A stretch of 64,000 bases of DNA from an uncultured Planctomycetia bacterium (GCA_964437495.1 CAYTGV010000005.1:759-64758); one strand, 5' to 3'. Numbered from the stretch's first letter, positions 42,531 to 52,961 are shown. Program-made: numbers and translations. The notes: generated from the letters alone by a model not told the origin.

Positions 42531-43526
42531 TTATTGATCGTTCCCATAGTGGGGATATGTTCCGTATTCTTTTAGAGAGGTGAAAAAAGCCAGAACCTCC
42601 TGAAGGCTTAATCTTTTGCCAATACCTTTATCAGAGCCAATAAAGTGACCTCCATTAAAAGAGGCACTTTTGATACATTTTTTAGTTTTTTCATCTATAC
42701 TCAAACCATCTCCATGCCCAGCAATATCAATATTACCAAATAAAATCAGATTTTTCGCATATGTTTTTTTTAAAATTCCAATATCCATGCCGCTAGTCGA
42801 ATCTATAGGATGGATTCCGTCAATTCCAGAATCTATCAGAGGATCTAATATCCCGCTTATGTTACCACAGGAATGCAAAATAACCTTAATCCCTTTTTCT
42901 TTGAGCGGCTCTATTGATTCTCTGATTCTCGGCAGCCATTGTTGTTCCAAAAATACATTTGAAAACATAAGACCTTTATCATAAGCAATATCGTCTTTAA
43001 TAAAAAAAAGCGGCCCTAATTCTGCCTTGGCAAATAAAAGAGCTCTCTGATATAAATTCTCCGCATATATATCAATGAGTCTCTCTATCTGTATTAATTC
43101 AACATACATTTTTCTGCAGAATTCCTCATAACCCAGCGTTTTATAGGCAACACTTAATATACCCTCTGCAGACATTGCTAAATAAGTATTAGGAGCAAAA
43201 AGGCTTTGCTGTTGAGCAAAGTCTTTCATCTCTTCATTTAATTCTTCATTACTGAGAACATCCATCCTCGGCTTACGCAGAGCAAATCTTTGCAATCTTT
43301 TTAATAATCCTTCATGCCGGTAATTTCTTCGCCTCTCAAACTGCCAACACACATCAATACCCAGCTCATGATAAGCCTTTACCTTCTCTTGTATTGAAAT
43401 ATCTAGACCGGGGCTGAAATATTGAAAAATTTTAGGATTATCAATAAAATCGCAAACCGGGACACGATCAGGCTCCTGAAAATTCAAGGTAAGCTTTATA
43501 CGATTATCAACACTTGCATCAAGCAT
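42531..43526 (-). CDS. uroporphyrinogen decarboxylase (URO-D) superfamily protein, function unknown
   Basis: C-terminal ILHSCGNISGILDPLIDSGIDGIHPID resembles the URO-D/methyltransferase-MtaA family. It lacks the N-terminal PxWxMRQAGR of true HemE. Confidence 0.5.
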   Translation of the reverse strand: MLDASVDNRIKLTLNFQEPDRVPVCDFIDNPKIFQYFSPGLDISIQEKVKAYHELGIDVCWQFERRRNYRHEGLLKRLQRFALRKPRMDVLSNEELNEEMKDFAQQQSLFAPNTYLAMSAEGILSVAYKTLGYEEFCRKMYVELIQIERLIDIYAENLYQRALLFAKAELGPLFFIKDDIAYDKGLMFSNVFLEQQWLPRIRESIEPLKEKGIKVILHSCGNISGILDPLIDSGIDGIHPIDSTSGMDIGILKKTYAKNLILFGNIDIAGHGDGLSIDEKTKKCIKSASFNGGHFIGSDKGIGKRLSLQEVLAFFTSLKEYGTYPHYGNDQ

Positions 43527-43547
43527 AAATCACTCCAAGTCATCCGC

Positions 43548-44168
43548 TTAAGATAGGGTTTTTAGAAGCAGGCTTATTTGCTTAGCATTTAGAGAGTTTA
43601 TCCTTTTGCCCATAGCCAAAGCTAAAACCTGCATCTTAGCCGTCTGCTCAGCTAATATTGTACGGGTAAAGGCCTCTTTAAAATCCCTGCCCACACTAAG
43701 TAATCCATGATTTTTTAAATAAATAACATTGCATTTTGCAATAACCTGGCCAACCTTATGTGCCAGCTTTTCTGTCCCAGGACAGATATAATCCACAATC
43801 CCTATTTCAGAACCTATACCCAAAATAAATTCAGGGCCAATAAGATTTGGCTTTATTGAACAGCTTACAAGTGTAGTAGCGTATAATGGGTGAGTATGAA
43901 TGACACAGCTAATGTCCGGTCGGGCTTGATAACAAAAGGCGTGCATTCTGAATTCACAGCTAGGCTGTGATTTTTTTTTCTTAGGGCTTAAGGTTTCAAT
44001 ACCCACACTCACAAAATCCACTCTCCTGGCTTCTTCCATAAAACATCCACTGGCCTTGATCAACATAGATCTGCCCTGCCGGATGCTAATATTTCCGGAA
44101 GACCCTTGCACAAGTCCTCTTCTGGCAATTAAATGTGAGTATTTTATAAGCTCTTTATATTTATCCAT
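43548..44168 (-). CDS. class II aldolase/adducin family protein
   Basis: GSSGNISIR and the VIHTHPLYATTL zinc-ligand histidine motifs. Confidence 0.75.
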   Translation of the reverse strand: MDKYKELIKYSHLIARRGLVQGSSGNISIRQGRSMLIKASGCFMEEARRVDFVSVGIETLSPKKKKSQPSCEFRMHAFCYQARPDISCVIHTHPLYATTLVSCSIKPNLIGPEFILGIGSEIGIVDYICPGTEKLAHKVGQVIAKCNVIYLKNHGLLSVGRDFKEAFTRTILAEQTAKMQVLALAMGKRINSLNAKQISLLLKTLS

Positions 44169-44215
44169 AGCTAATGTTAAAAATTACCACACATAGACTC
44201 TTTTGTCAAAAAAAT

Positions 44216-44244
44216 TTGCAAAATTAGCATTTATTCGCTATACT
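44216..44244 (+). promoter_or_regulatory. near-consensus sigma70 promoter for ppiD-maf
   Basis: TTGCAA (44216-44221), a 17-nt spacer, TATACT (44239-44244); AGGAGG SD before ATG 44342. Confidence 0.5.
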
Positions 44245-44341
44245 GAATTAACATTTAAGACAAGTCAATCAATACCGCTACATTCAAAGCAATAGAAATA
44301 TTTGCCTGTAGTATTATGAGTTAACCTTTTAGGAGGAAAAT

Positions 44342-45946
44342 ATGCTTTTTAGAAATTTAAGAAAACACACTAAAACAATCATGTGGGCTATCGCGATATT
44401 CATTGTGCCGGCTTTTGTAATATGGAATATAGGCAGTGCAGTAAAAAACCGCCGCAGCGGATTTGCCGGAAAAATTTTCAACAAGAAAATCGGCTGGACA
44501 GATTTTTCAGCGGAAAAACATGCCGTACGTAACGATATTTGGATGCGCTATGGAGAACAGCCGGAACAATATAACAATTTAGATGAGCAAACCTGGACAC
44601 GATTGATAATCCTTGAAGCAGCAAAAAAGAAAAACATAAAAGTAAGTAATAAGGAATTACTTAAATTCATAAAGAACCTGCCGGTCTTTAAATATTCTGA
44701 CCTGGCTCCAGAAAATTATGCCATGATAATTAGCCGTGTTTTCCAGCAATCACCCGCAGATTTTGAACAAGGAATAAAAAATTCCATTATGATAAACAAG
44801 TTCATGGGAAAACTGACTGAAGACCTTATCGTAAGCGATATGGAAGTCGAAAATACGTATAGACAGGAATTTGAACAGGCATCTGTCTCTTATATCGTTA
44901 TTGAACCTCAAGCCTTTCAGGATACAGTCATAAGCGACAATGAAGATGATCTCAAAGGCTATTATTCGAACAATAAAGAAAAATTTAGAAAACCGGAGCA
45001 GATAAATGTCAAATATATCCAGATAAAGTTAGAGCAATTCAAAGAAGGAATCCTGATAACAGAAGAAGAAATTAAAAAATATTACGATAATAATAAAGAA
45101 GAGTTCAAGGCAGAAAAAACTGATGATAAAAAAGAAACGACCCAAGAATACAAAAGTTTAGCCGATGTATCGGAAACTATCAAAGATAAGTTAATCGAGA
45201 AAGAAATGATTAACCAGGCCTCAGGCCTTTCCCGAACCATTATGAATAAGCTATACGGTGATGTAAGTTTTGATGATGTAGCTAAAGAACATGGACTGGC
45301 CGCTAAAGAAACAGGCCCATTTTCCATGTTTGATCAGATCCCTAAGATCGGGTTAAGTTTTCCATTTCTAAAAGCAGCCTTTTCCTTAAAACCAGGCGAA
45401 GTAAGCCAAATAATAAAAGCACCTACTGCTTATTATATTCTCAAACCTATCAAAAAAATCAAACCTTATATTCCTGAATACGCAGATATAACAGATGACG
45501 TAAAAAAACTTTATATAGAAGCACAGGCCCAGATAATTGCCATTCAAAAAGGCAAGCAAGTACGTTCTGAACTTATTGATCTTATAAATACAAAACAAAT
45601 GAATTTTAAAGATGCCTCGGCTGAACTTGAATTTACCGTAAAGAAAGCCGATAATATTACACGCTCAGGATATATCCCGGAACTGGGCTTTAGCAAAGAG
45701 TTTGCTGCAGCTGCCCTAGAACTTAAAAAAAATGCTATATCCAGTTTAATTAAAACTCCATCCGGATTATGCCTAATCAGTTTAGATGAGATAAAACCCC
45801 TGGACATGGATAAATTTAAGGAGCAAAAAAAAGATTACTCGATAAAAGTTATAAACACTAAGAAGGCAAAATTTTTAAGCAGCTGGTTTGAGGATATTAA
45901 ACTTAAAGCGAACGCTCAAACTTATATTGATAAAGAACAGCAATGA
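44342..45946 (+). CDS. ppiD: periplasmic chaperone/peptidyl-prolyl isomerase (PpiD/SurA-like)
   Basis: An N-terminal TM anchor, a SurA_N-like chaperone domain, and a C-terminal parvulin-like PPIase segment (PGEVSQIIKAPTAYYILKP; ELGFSKEFAAAALELKKNAISSLIKTPSGLCLISLDEI). Confidence 0.75.
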   Translation: MLFRNLRKHTKTIMWAIAIFIVPAFVIWNIGSAVKNRRSGFAGKIFNKKIGWTDFSAEKHAVRNDIWMRYGEQPEQYNNLDEQTWTRLIILEAAKKKNIKVSNKELLKFIKNLPVFKYSDLAPENYAMIISRVFQQSPADFEQGIKNSIMINKFMGKLTEDLIVSDMEVENTYRQEFEQASVSYIVIEPQAFQDTVISDNEDDLKGYYSNNKEKFRKPEQINVKYIQIKLEQFKEGILITEEEIKKYYDNNKEEFKAEKTDDKKETTQEYKSLADVSETIKDKLIEKEMINQASGLSRTIMNKLYGDVSFDDVAKEHGLAAKETGPFSMFDQIPKIGLSFPFLKAAFSLKPGEVSQIIKAPTAYYILKPIKKIKPYIPEYADITDDVKKLYIEAQAQIIAIQKGKQVRSELIDLINTKQMNFKDASAELEFTVKKADNITRSGYIPELGFSKEFAAAALELKKNAISSLIKTPSGLCLISLDEIKPLDMDKFKEQKKDYSIKVINTKKAKFLSSWFEDIKLKANAQTYIDKEQQ

Positions 45947-46521
45947 CAAAACTCATTCTTGCCTCTGCATCGCCTAGGAGGAAAGAACTTCTAGAAAAAG
46001 CAGGCCTTAAAATATTTATAAGGCCAAGTAATATCATTGAAGGACCAAATACAGCTCCTTCTGTTGAACATTACTGTATTGGCCTTGCATTATCTAAAGC
46101 ACAAAACATAGCCTCAAAACATAGTAATGCCATAGTAATCGGCGCTGATACCATAGTTGTTTATAATAATAAAATATTTGGAAAACCAAAAAATATACGC
46201 GATGCCAAAACGATCCTTTGCACACTCAATGGAACAAGGCATTTTGTTTACACAGCAATAGCTGTTATTAACATAAAAGAAAACAGAAGAATAGTAGACA
46301 TAGAAAAATCAACCATTTTTACAAGGCCTCTCTCCCGCAAACAAATCAATATGCTTTCTAAAAAAAATCACGATAAAGCCGGAGCATATGCTATCCAGGA
46401 AAAAACAGATATGTTCATTAGGAAAGTCAAAGGGGATTTCTATAATGTAGTCGGAATGCCTATTAATAGTTTACGCAGAATATTACTGGAATTCAATGTA
46501 AAAATGGGAGTTTTAAAATAG
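45943..46521 (+). CDS. maf: Maf-like nucleoside triphosphate pyrophosphatase
   Basis: LILASASPRRKELL N-terminus and GADTIV motif; 4-nt overlap with ppiD. Confidence 0.9.
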   Translation: MTKLILASASPRRKELLEKAGLKIFIRPSNIIEGPNTAPSVEHYCIGLALSKAQNIASKHSNAIVIGADTIVVYNNKIFGKPKNIRDAKTILCTLNGTRHFVYTAIAVINIKENRRIVDIEKSTIFTRPLSRKQINMLSKKNHDKAGAYAIQEKTDMFIRKVKGDFYNVVGMPINSLRRILLEFNVKMGVLK

Positions 46522-46526
46522 AGCCA

Positions 46527-46865
46527 TTAAAAAGCTTCAAAATTTTTTCTGGTCGTCATTGATTTTTTCATTTTTTCCACATACTTATAATACGGACAGC
46601 ATTTACAAGACCCATAGCGCTCAACATATTTGCAAAGTTTTTCCGCTTTCATTGGATGCATCAGAAGCATTTCGTGCTCAGTCATATCTCTGCCTTCCTG
46701 CTGCGCAATTTTAGCCAGCTTATCAAGCCTTTTTTCAGCTTCATTATCACGCATAGTTCCGGCAACTTCCCAACAAACCTCCCCTTTATCAGGATAAGCA
46801 CAGCATGTACGCTCTTCATTGCATCTCATATACTCCCAACATCTATCAATATGCTTCTTCATCAA
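46527..46865 (-). CDS. cysteine-rich hypothetical protein (12 Cys in 112 aa; possible metal-binding double-CW-type domain)
   Basis: RCWEYMRCNEERTCCAYPDKGEVCWEVAG ... CKYVERYGSCKCCPYYKY. It is convergent with maf; its stop lies only 5 nt from the maf stop. Confidence 0.5.
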   Translation of the reverse strand: MMKKHIDRCWEYMRCNEERTCCAYPDKGEVCWEVAGTMRDNEAEKRLDKLAKIAQQEGRDMTEHEMLLMHPMKAEKLCKYVERYGSCKCCPYYKYVEKMKKSMTTRKNFEAF

Positions 46866-46896
46866 AAATCCTTTTCAAACCATTTCAATTAAGCTT

Positions 46897-47781
46897 TTAA
46901 CTCTTAATCAATATCTTAAGCGCTTGCAAATATTTATCTTTTGTTTTAGTTACGATCTCTTCCGGCAACTCTGGCCCAGGAGGAGTCTTATCCCAGTCAA
47001 GCGTCTCTAGATAATCCCTAACAAACTGCTTGTCAAAGCTAGGCTGGCTTCTACCTGAAGCATATTCATCCAGCGACCAAAACCGGGAAGAATCAGGAGT
47101 CAAAACCTCATCAATAAGAATGATTTTATCGCCGATTTTTCCAAATTCAAATTTTGTATCTGCTATAATTATACCATGTTTTTGAGCATAATCACACGCC
47201 TTCATATAAATCGCAATGCTCAACTCTTTTAATTTATCAGTTGTTTGCTTTCCAATCTGCTTCTCGACATATTCCTGCGAAACATTTTCATCATGCCCAA
47301 CTTCTGCTTTTGTAGATGGCGTAAAAATAACTTCTGGCAATTTGTCGGATTCTCTTAATCCCTCTGGAAGCTTAATTGCGCAAATAGTACCGGTCTTCTT
47401 ATAATCCTTCCAGCCTGAGCCAGATAAATATCCTCTGACTACGCATTCAACCGGCAAAGGCTGCGCCTTCTTAACAAGCATCGAGCGCCCTCTAAGAAGT
47501 TCTTTATAGGGAGCTAATTCTTGAGGGAATTCATCTACATCTGTACTTATCAGATGATTATCTATAATATCACTAGTGAAATCAAACCAGAACTTAGAAA
47601 CTTCTGTAAGCACCTGCCCTTTCCCGGGTATCGGTGTAGGCAGAATAACATCAAAGCAGGAGATCCGGTCTGATGATATTATTAAAAGCTTATCATCAAG
47701 ATCATAAATTTCTCTTACCTTTCCGCGCTTGAAAAATTTCACACCTTTTAATTCAACTGTTGTTGCTGCATTTGTGTTCAT
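46897..47781 (-). CDS. purC: phosphoribosylaminoimidazole-succinocarboxamide synthase
   Basis: [26 protein letters not shown] and SAICAR synthetase C-terminal motifs. Confidence 0.9.
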   Translation of the reverse strand: MNTNAATTVELKGVKFFKRGKVREIYDLDDKLLIISSDRISCFDVILPTPIPGKGQVLTEVSKFWFDFTSDIIDNHLISTDVDEFPQELAPYKELLRGRSMLVKKAQPLPVECVVRGYLSGSGWKDYKKTGTICAIKLPEGLRESDKLPEVIFTPSTKAEVGHDENVSQEYVEKQIGKQTTDKLKELSIAIYMKACDYAQKHGIIIADTKFEFGKIGDKIILIDEVLTPDSSRFWSLDEYASGRSQPSFDKQFVRDYLETLDWDKTPPGPELPEEIVTKTKDKYLQALKILIKS

Positions 47782-47803
47782 GGAGCCTCCCTTTATCTAA
47801 AAA

Positions 47804-49675
47804 CTATAATTGATCAGGAATCACATAATCACCTATCTTAGATTTCAATGCCTGCAAACGCTTGCGTTGACCATCAAGTTTGGCAAATACCATGTTTGGA
47901 ATACCAATGGCATTGGTCTCGTATATTTCAAAAATTCTTTCTATCTTCGCTAGATTTTCCGGAATACGAATCTTAAACTGCTCATTATATAAAAGTTCAG
48001 AATAGTCTATATTCAAAACCTCTTTGAATAAGCGTTTCAAATCGTTATAACGCGGAATCTGACCGATAGGAGTAGTAATTGCTCCCGCATCATTATGTAT
48101 TCGCAATTCCATCCATTTTAACCAAACACGTTTATCCTGCATACCACTCAAGTATTTACCGTCTGAGTCTTTAAGAAAATAATTTGATCCAAAAATAATC
48201 GGAACATTGTCCATACCCTTACCAAAATCAAGATGATTTTGAATATATTTGCCCATTGGGATAGAAAGGAAATCAAGATTTGCCATTAGACAAAATTTAC
48301 GGATACCTTCTCTGCCTAATGTAGCAGCCGTAGTTTCAGATTCAAGGGAACTGGCCAGGCAAACAACTCCATGATCCCAGTCAAAACTCTGAAAAACTGG
48401 AACCCAAGTATCTGAATCTCTTCCCCCATATATAATCCCGCCAACTTTAGCTCCCTGAGGATCTTCTAGCTTTTCATCGCGATTCTTTAATGTTCTTATT
48501 GGAATTGTATAGCGAGCATTATTATGTGAATGCGCTAATTCTGTACCCACGACATTTTTTGCCCCTTTTCTCCAATTCCCTGCATAATTAACACCTTTAT
48601 TAGGAATTTCATGTCCATCTCCCTGCCAAGCAGGAGCGCCGTCCACATTTAAAACATTGGAAAAAATAACTTCACCTTTAGCTGTCAATACATCCCATAT
48701 TTTTGGATCATCTTTTGCCTTAACATCTTTTATAATACCAAATATACCTCGTTCTACGTTTACAGCATAGACACTGTTATCCTTTTTACGCAAATAAGCA
48801 ATATCATCACCTACAATACTCTCGCCTTCAACCATACAAGTTGAAGTCTTTCCGCAGGCACTCGGATAAGCACCGGTAAAATAAGACTTTCTTCCATTAG
48901 GCCCTTTAACTCCCATCAAGAACATATGTTCTGCAAGCCATCCCTCTTTGTTTGCTTTATTAATAGCAAGACGCAAAGCTAATTTTTTAAGACCAACTGT
49001 GTTTCCGGCATATTGAGTATTAGTAGTAAAAACAATGCCGTCTAACAGATCAATATAAACTCTCCGTTTATCCACATTTTTACTTACATTATGCTCAAGC
49101 TCTCCGGCAGAATGTACATATTTAAAAAATTCTATATCATTGCCTTGTTTCTTGAATGCTTCATACGCAGGACGATAAAGAATATCTTCTGAATGAGCAA
49201 CATACGCTGAATCAGTTATCTGTACCGCATATATAGAAAATTCTGAATTAACCGGCCCCAGGCACATAAACATCACAAACATCTGTTTGCCAACCATAAT
49301 ATCTTTAAGAAAAACCCTGACTTCTTCTAATCCAGGGTTACGTTCTGTGGTATTAATATGTGCGCCTAATTTTATCTCTGGAGTTACTAAAAATTTAGTA
49401 TTTGCTTTATCCCTTGCCTGATCATTAATTCCATCAAAATGAATAGTATGACCATCTTTTTTTAAAGCAACTTCCTCCCCCAGTTCCTTAGCCCTATTTC
49501 TAATGTAATCAATATCAGCAGCTATATCTGTTCTAACAAAAACAGAATCAGGATTGCATAATTCAGTATATTCAGAAACATATGCTACTATATCATCATT
49601 ATTTAAAACCATTAAATTAGCATAACTGTTTTCAACACACTTTTTTTCTAAATTTGTTATTAATTGTTTATTCAT
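47804..49675 (-). CDS. pckG: phosphoenolpyruvate carboxykinase (GTP-dependent)
   Basis: GTP-PEPCK kinase-1a motif AYPSACGKTS and a 623-aa GTP-type architecture (not the ATP type). Confidence 0.9.
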   Translation of the reverse strand: MNKQLITNLEKKCVENSYANLMVLNNDDIVAYVSEYTELCNPDSVFVRTDIAADIDYIRNRAKELGEEVALKKDGHTIHFDGINDQARDKANTKFLVTPEIKLGAHINTTERNPGLEEVRVFLKDIMVGKQMFVMFMCLGPVNSEFSIYAVQITDSAYVAHSEDILYRPAYEAFKKQGNDIEFFKYVHSAGELEHNVSKNVDKRRVYIDLLDGIVFTTNTQYAGNTVGLKKLALRLAINKANKEGWLAEHMFLMGVKGPNGRKSYFTGAYPSACGKTSTCMVEGESIVGDDIAYLRKKDNSVYAVNVERGIFGIIKDVKAKDDPKIWDVLTAKGEVIFSNVLNVDGAPAWQGDGHEIPNKGVNYAGNWRKGAKNVVGTELAHSHNNARYTIPIRTLKNRDEKLEDPQGAKVGGIIYGGRDSDTWVPVFQSFDWDHGVVCLASSLESETTAATLGREGIRKFCLMANLDFLSIPMGKYIQNHLDFGKGMDNVPIIFGSNYFLKDSDGKYLSGMQDKRVWLKWMELRIHNDAGAITTPIGQIPRYNDLKRLFKEVLNIDYSELLYNEQFKIRIPENLAKIERIFEIYETNAIGIPNMVFAKLDGQRKRLQALKSKIGDYVIPDQL

Positions 49676-49719
49676 AATTCACTTCTCCTTATATTATTGT
49701 TTAGCTAGATTAATTTGTG

Positions 49720-49748
49720 ATTATAGCAAATCACATGAAAAATTTCAA
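49720..49748 (-). promoter_or_regulatory. consensus sigma70 promoter for pckG
   Basis: Minus strand TTGAAA (49748-49743), a 17-nt spacer, TATAAT (49725-49720); AAGGAGAAG SD; a ~37-nt leader. Confidence 0.55.
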
Positions 49749-49892
49749 GTGTAAGTTATTTATTTTTAGGGGGTACTTTTTCTGCACATAAAAACTATTT
49801 TTGAATTAATTCGATAACGAATTTATGTTCATTCCATTCCATAAATCCTATCTCATTATTAAAATCCTCTTTTGGGTTCTCACCACTTTCTA

Positions 49893-49929
49893 ATAAAAAA
49901 GCCCACTGCAAATGCAACGGGCTTTTTTA
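49893..49929. terminator. bidirectional intrinsic terminator downstream of the tRNA-Val/tRNA-Asp pair
   Basis: aaaaaa GCCC actgcaaatgcaac GGGC tttttt; an A-run and T-run flank a short GC stem (weak stem, long loop). Confidence 0.45.
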
Positions 49930-49932
49930 ATA

Positions 49933-50010
49933 TGGCGGAGCCGACGGGGTTCGAACCCGCGACCTTCGGATCGACAGTCCGACGTTCTAAACCAGCTGAA
50001 CTACGGCTCC
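49933..50010 (-). tRNA. tRNA-Asp (GTC)
   Basis: GGAGCCGTAGTTCAGCTGGTTAGAACGTCGGACTGTCGATCCGAAGGTCGCGGGTTCGAACCCCGTCGGCTCCGCCA; anticodon loop CTGTCGA. Confidence 0.9.
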
Positions 50011-50150
50011 TTAATTTTTAATTTTAAAATTAACCTCATAGTTGATTTGCAACTGAGAAGAATATATCAAAAATTAAACTTTACATTCACATCACAGCTA
50101 ATAACCTGCCATGGTTTACCATGAGCGAGTTGCATCAGCCTCAAGTCTAA

Positions 50151-50227
50151 TGGTGGGCGCGGTAGGACTCGAACCTACGACCCCCTCCTTGTAAGGGAGG
50201 TGCTCTAACCAACTGTGCTACGCGCCC
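50151..50227 (-). tRNA. tRNA-Val (TAC)
   Basis: GGGCGCGTAGCACAGTTGGTTAGAGCACCTCCCTTACAAGGAGGGGGTCGTAGGTTCGAGTCCTACCGCGCCCACCA; anticodon loop CTTACAA. Confidence 0.9.
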
Positions 50228-50280
50228 GATTTGTTAGAGTTAGAGTCTACAACATTTAATTTATTTTGTCAATAGAGCCC

Positions 50281-52566
50281 TTAAATTGATCTTTGCACTA
50301 TCTCCAGTTGTTGTTTAAATAATAATCTTTTCGGCTTAAAAATGATTCCATTTTGCCTAAGAAAATTTTCAGTCCTACTCAAAAATTCAATTGCAAAATC
50401 CCAGTTTCGCCGTTCTAATGTATTTTTTTCAGCCTTCGGATCCATATTTGCAATTAAGCTTGTTGGGATCACTACAACAAATTTATCTCCCTCGTTTGCA
50501 AAAGTTATTTGCTGTGATTTTATCTTAGTTTTATTTCCATCATCAACAATCCTGATTTCAAAATCCTCATAAAAATAAGTTTCTAGCAAAAACGGCATTA
50601 GATATTTTCCTAATATACTGTTGCCCTCATTCTGCTTTTTAAAAGCCAACCAATTTGGTATATGAATTTCTTTATCCATTGAATTGAGTTCAACAATTAC
50701 TTTATTCTCACTTACATCCTTTGCAATTTTTTGTTTAGCATTAACATTTGGATTTATATCCCGCTCAATCTGATTAATAATTTTCATTATCGGTTTAAAG
50801 CAACTTTTATTATCTTTATTCACAAGATAGGGCTGATCTGCATCCTGCTTATATCCATTAAGCCATCCAAGGGACACAATTACAACCGGTTTACCTTTTA
50901 TATACACTTTGTAAGGTAGCGTTTTCTGAAAATTATCACAAAATCTTATTTCAATGTCTGAAAATTTTACTCTTTTATTTTTATTCATAAAATATAAAGC
51001 AAAATCCTCAATCCGATTATTTATCCCTGCTTCTCTGTCTTCATACTTATGCCTAAACTTTAGAATATTCTCCTTAATTATTTCTTTTGTTCCTAGCCTA
51101 ATCCGAGCAAAGGTCTGATCAATCAAATGCTTAAATTCTATTTTTGCTGCATAAAAATTATAAGGAATGACCAAGATTCGAGAACCTTTAAACTCCATAA
51201 AATACGGTTTTTTCCTCTGGGAATCAACCACGATCCGAATTTGGAGATCTTTATATGTTTGATCTTTCATATTGAGAGAGCATTGCTCAAAAAATTTAGA
51301 CAAAGACTTTACTTTTTCTTTTTTTAACTCAAGCTTAGGATATAAGTGATCCAATGTTTTGTTAATTATCTTATTCTGCTGATTCCAAGTATTAACCCAT
51401 CCCAGAGTATTCTCCTGGATAAACTCCTCATCAGGAACAACTAAATTATCCTCACTCTGCCCTTCTCTTGTGCATGCTATTAACTCTGTTACTGATTGGT
51501 CCATATTCCTAAAAATAGCTATTATACTGTGACTAACTGCATCATTTCTGGCTTGTAAAATTTGATCTGTGCCTAATATTTCTGAATTAGGAATTAAAGA
51601 TTCAGGAACCAATAATGTATATCGGCCATTAAATTTCATAAGTATCACATTTCGCCCAAACCTATGCGGCTTTTTCACAAACCGAATATCAAAATCCTCG
51701 GCAAATTTAATATTCTCTAAATTCGGCAGTAAAAAATCCTCAATAAAAAGCTTAATATCAATATTGGACCAGTATCGCAGTAAATCAGGAATAACCAGAT
51801 TTCTTTTTAAAGAATCAAAACTAACAATTGTACTATCTACAATTGACTGCATCACAGGAGAGAGCTGCTTATCAAAATCACCAGCATCATCATCACTCTC
51901 TTTAATTGTCTGATAAATAACATCTAGAATTATTTTACTAGCTGTTTGATAAGCCTCCTTAATCTTCTCATTTGAGGCCCTACCGCCATTTTTATCCGGC
52001 AGCCAAAGCAACGGCACAATCACACAATACTTATTATCAATAAAAGCAGGATAGGGATAAACAATCGTTAAATCCGGATCATGAATAATCCTTAAATCAA
52101 TATCAGAGAAATCTTTATTTTTAATTTGATTCATAAAAAAATCTAAAAAATTATTCACTCGCGACGTAATTGTTTCCTTAAAAAATTTTTGCCTTTTAAG
52201 TCCATTATTAGACTGCCATGCATTTTCAATAATTACCTGCTTAGAAGAAAGCTCTACCCGAGCAATTGTATTTTCCATTATTTTGCTTTGTTTAGATTCT
52301 ACCCAATTTTTTATTTTCTCTGTGAGAATATCAGTCTCAGAAGGAATTTTTATTGGTATTTTCAAACCATCAATATCAAGCATGCCTGTCTGATTACTAA
52401 TCGTTAATGCTTTTTGATTAACATCCTGAAAAGCCCGGTTATTGATTTGCAATGCGGGAGAAAGCATATCCGCGGCAAATACACAAGTTACCGAGAAAAA
52501 TGTATTAATGATTAATACCGCTATGATTTCAGTTATTGATTTATTCATATTAAAAAAATCCTTCAC
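50281..52566 (-). CDS. secreted hypothetical protein built from five divergent tandem copies of an uncharacterised ~120-150 aa module
   Basis: Signal peptide (IIAVLIINTFFSVTCVFAA). Repeated core F-x-D-[IL]-x-[IL]-R-[IF]-x(12-22)-[VIL][VIL][VIL]-P: FSDIDLRIIHD...YCVIVPLLW; FAEDFDIRFVKK...YTLLVPESL; YKDLQIRIVVDS...RILVIPYNF; FSDIEIRFCDN...PVVIVSLGW; YEDFEIRIVDD...FVVVIPTSL. Confidence 0.6.
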   Translation of the reverse strand: MKDFFNMNKSITEIIAVLIINTFFSVTCVFAADMLSPALQINNRAFQDVNQKALTISNQTGMLDIDGLKIPIKIPSETDILTEKIKNWVESKQSKIMENTIARVELSSKQVIIENAWQSNNGLKRQKFFKETITSRVNNFLDFFMNQIKNKDFSDIDLRIIHDPDLTIVYPYPAFIDNKYCVIVPLLWLPDKNGGRASNEKIKEAYQTASKIILDVIYQTIKESDDDAGDFDKQLSPVMQSIVDSTIVSFDSLKRNLVIPDLLRYWSNIDIKLFIEDFLLPNLENIKFAEDFDIRFVKKPHRFGRNVILMKFNGRYTLLVPESLIPNSEILGTDQILQARNDAVSHSIIAIFRNMDQSVTELIACTREGQSEDNLVVPDEEFIQENTLGWVNTWNQQNKIINKTLDHLYPKLELKKEKVKSLSKFFEQCSLNMKDQTYKDLQIRIVVDSQRKKPYFMEFKGSRILVIPYNFYAAKIEFKHLIDQTFARIRLGTKEIIKENILKFRHKYEDREAGINNRIEDFALYFMNKNKRVKFSDIEIRFCDNFQKTLPYKVYIKGKPVVIVSLGWLNGYKQDADQPYLVNKDNKSCFKPIMKIINQIERDINPNVNAKQKIAKDVSENKVIVELNSMDKEIHIPNWLAFKKQNEGNSILGKYLMPFLLETYFYEDFEIRIVDDGNKTKIKSQQITFANEGDKFVVVIPTSLIANMDPKAEKNTLERRNWDFAIEFLSRTENFLRQNGIIFKPKRLLFKQQLEIVQRSI

Positions 52567-52895
52567 CTATCTCCAATCAACCTTTACCAAATATCTAAAT
52601 TGCTTGTTCCAACAAATACCTTACTTCTACTTTTTCTTTAAACTCATTCATTTACAGAGTTTTGCGAATTTACTAAAATTTCTGATCCCTTCTGCAACTG
52701 GACTTCTCTCACAATAAAATTTTAAGAAGAATCCCCCTTATGTGAAAAAGGTATAAAAGTATACCATAAGTTTTTATTCTTTGCAAATTAATCCAATGCT
52801 TTATCTTATTGATTTTAAATAAGTTATGTGTGTTTTTATGGAAAGTTTTTAAATGAGTTTTAAAGAAGACCAGATTTCAGTCTATCGAAAGGCAC

Positions 52896-52942
52896 AAATT
52901 AAAATTAACCATCCCTCCCCCTTCATAGGGTTAGGAATGGTT
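52896..52942 (-). terminator. glmS intrinsic terminator (long imperfect G/C-run stem)
   Basis: Minus reading AACCATTCCTAACCCT atga AGGGGGAGGGATGGTT then aattttaatttg, 20 nt after the glmS stop. Confidence 0.45.
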
Positions 52943-52961
52943 AATACTTATAACTATTTGA

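Noticed and set aside
49912-50124. 70-aa plus-strand ORF
   Set aside because: Antisense to tRNA-Asp and overlapping the tRNA-Val spacer; an artefact.
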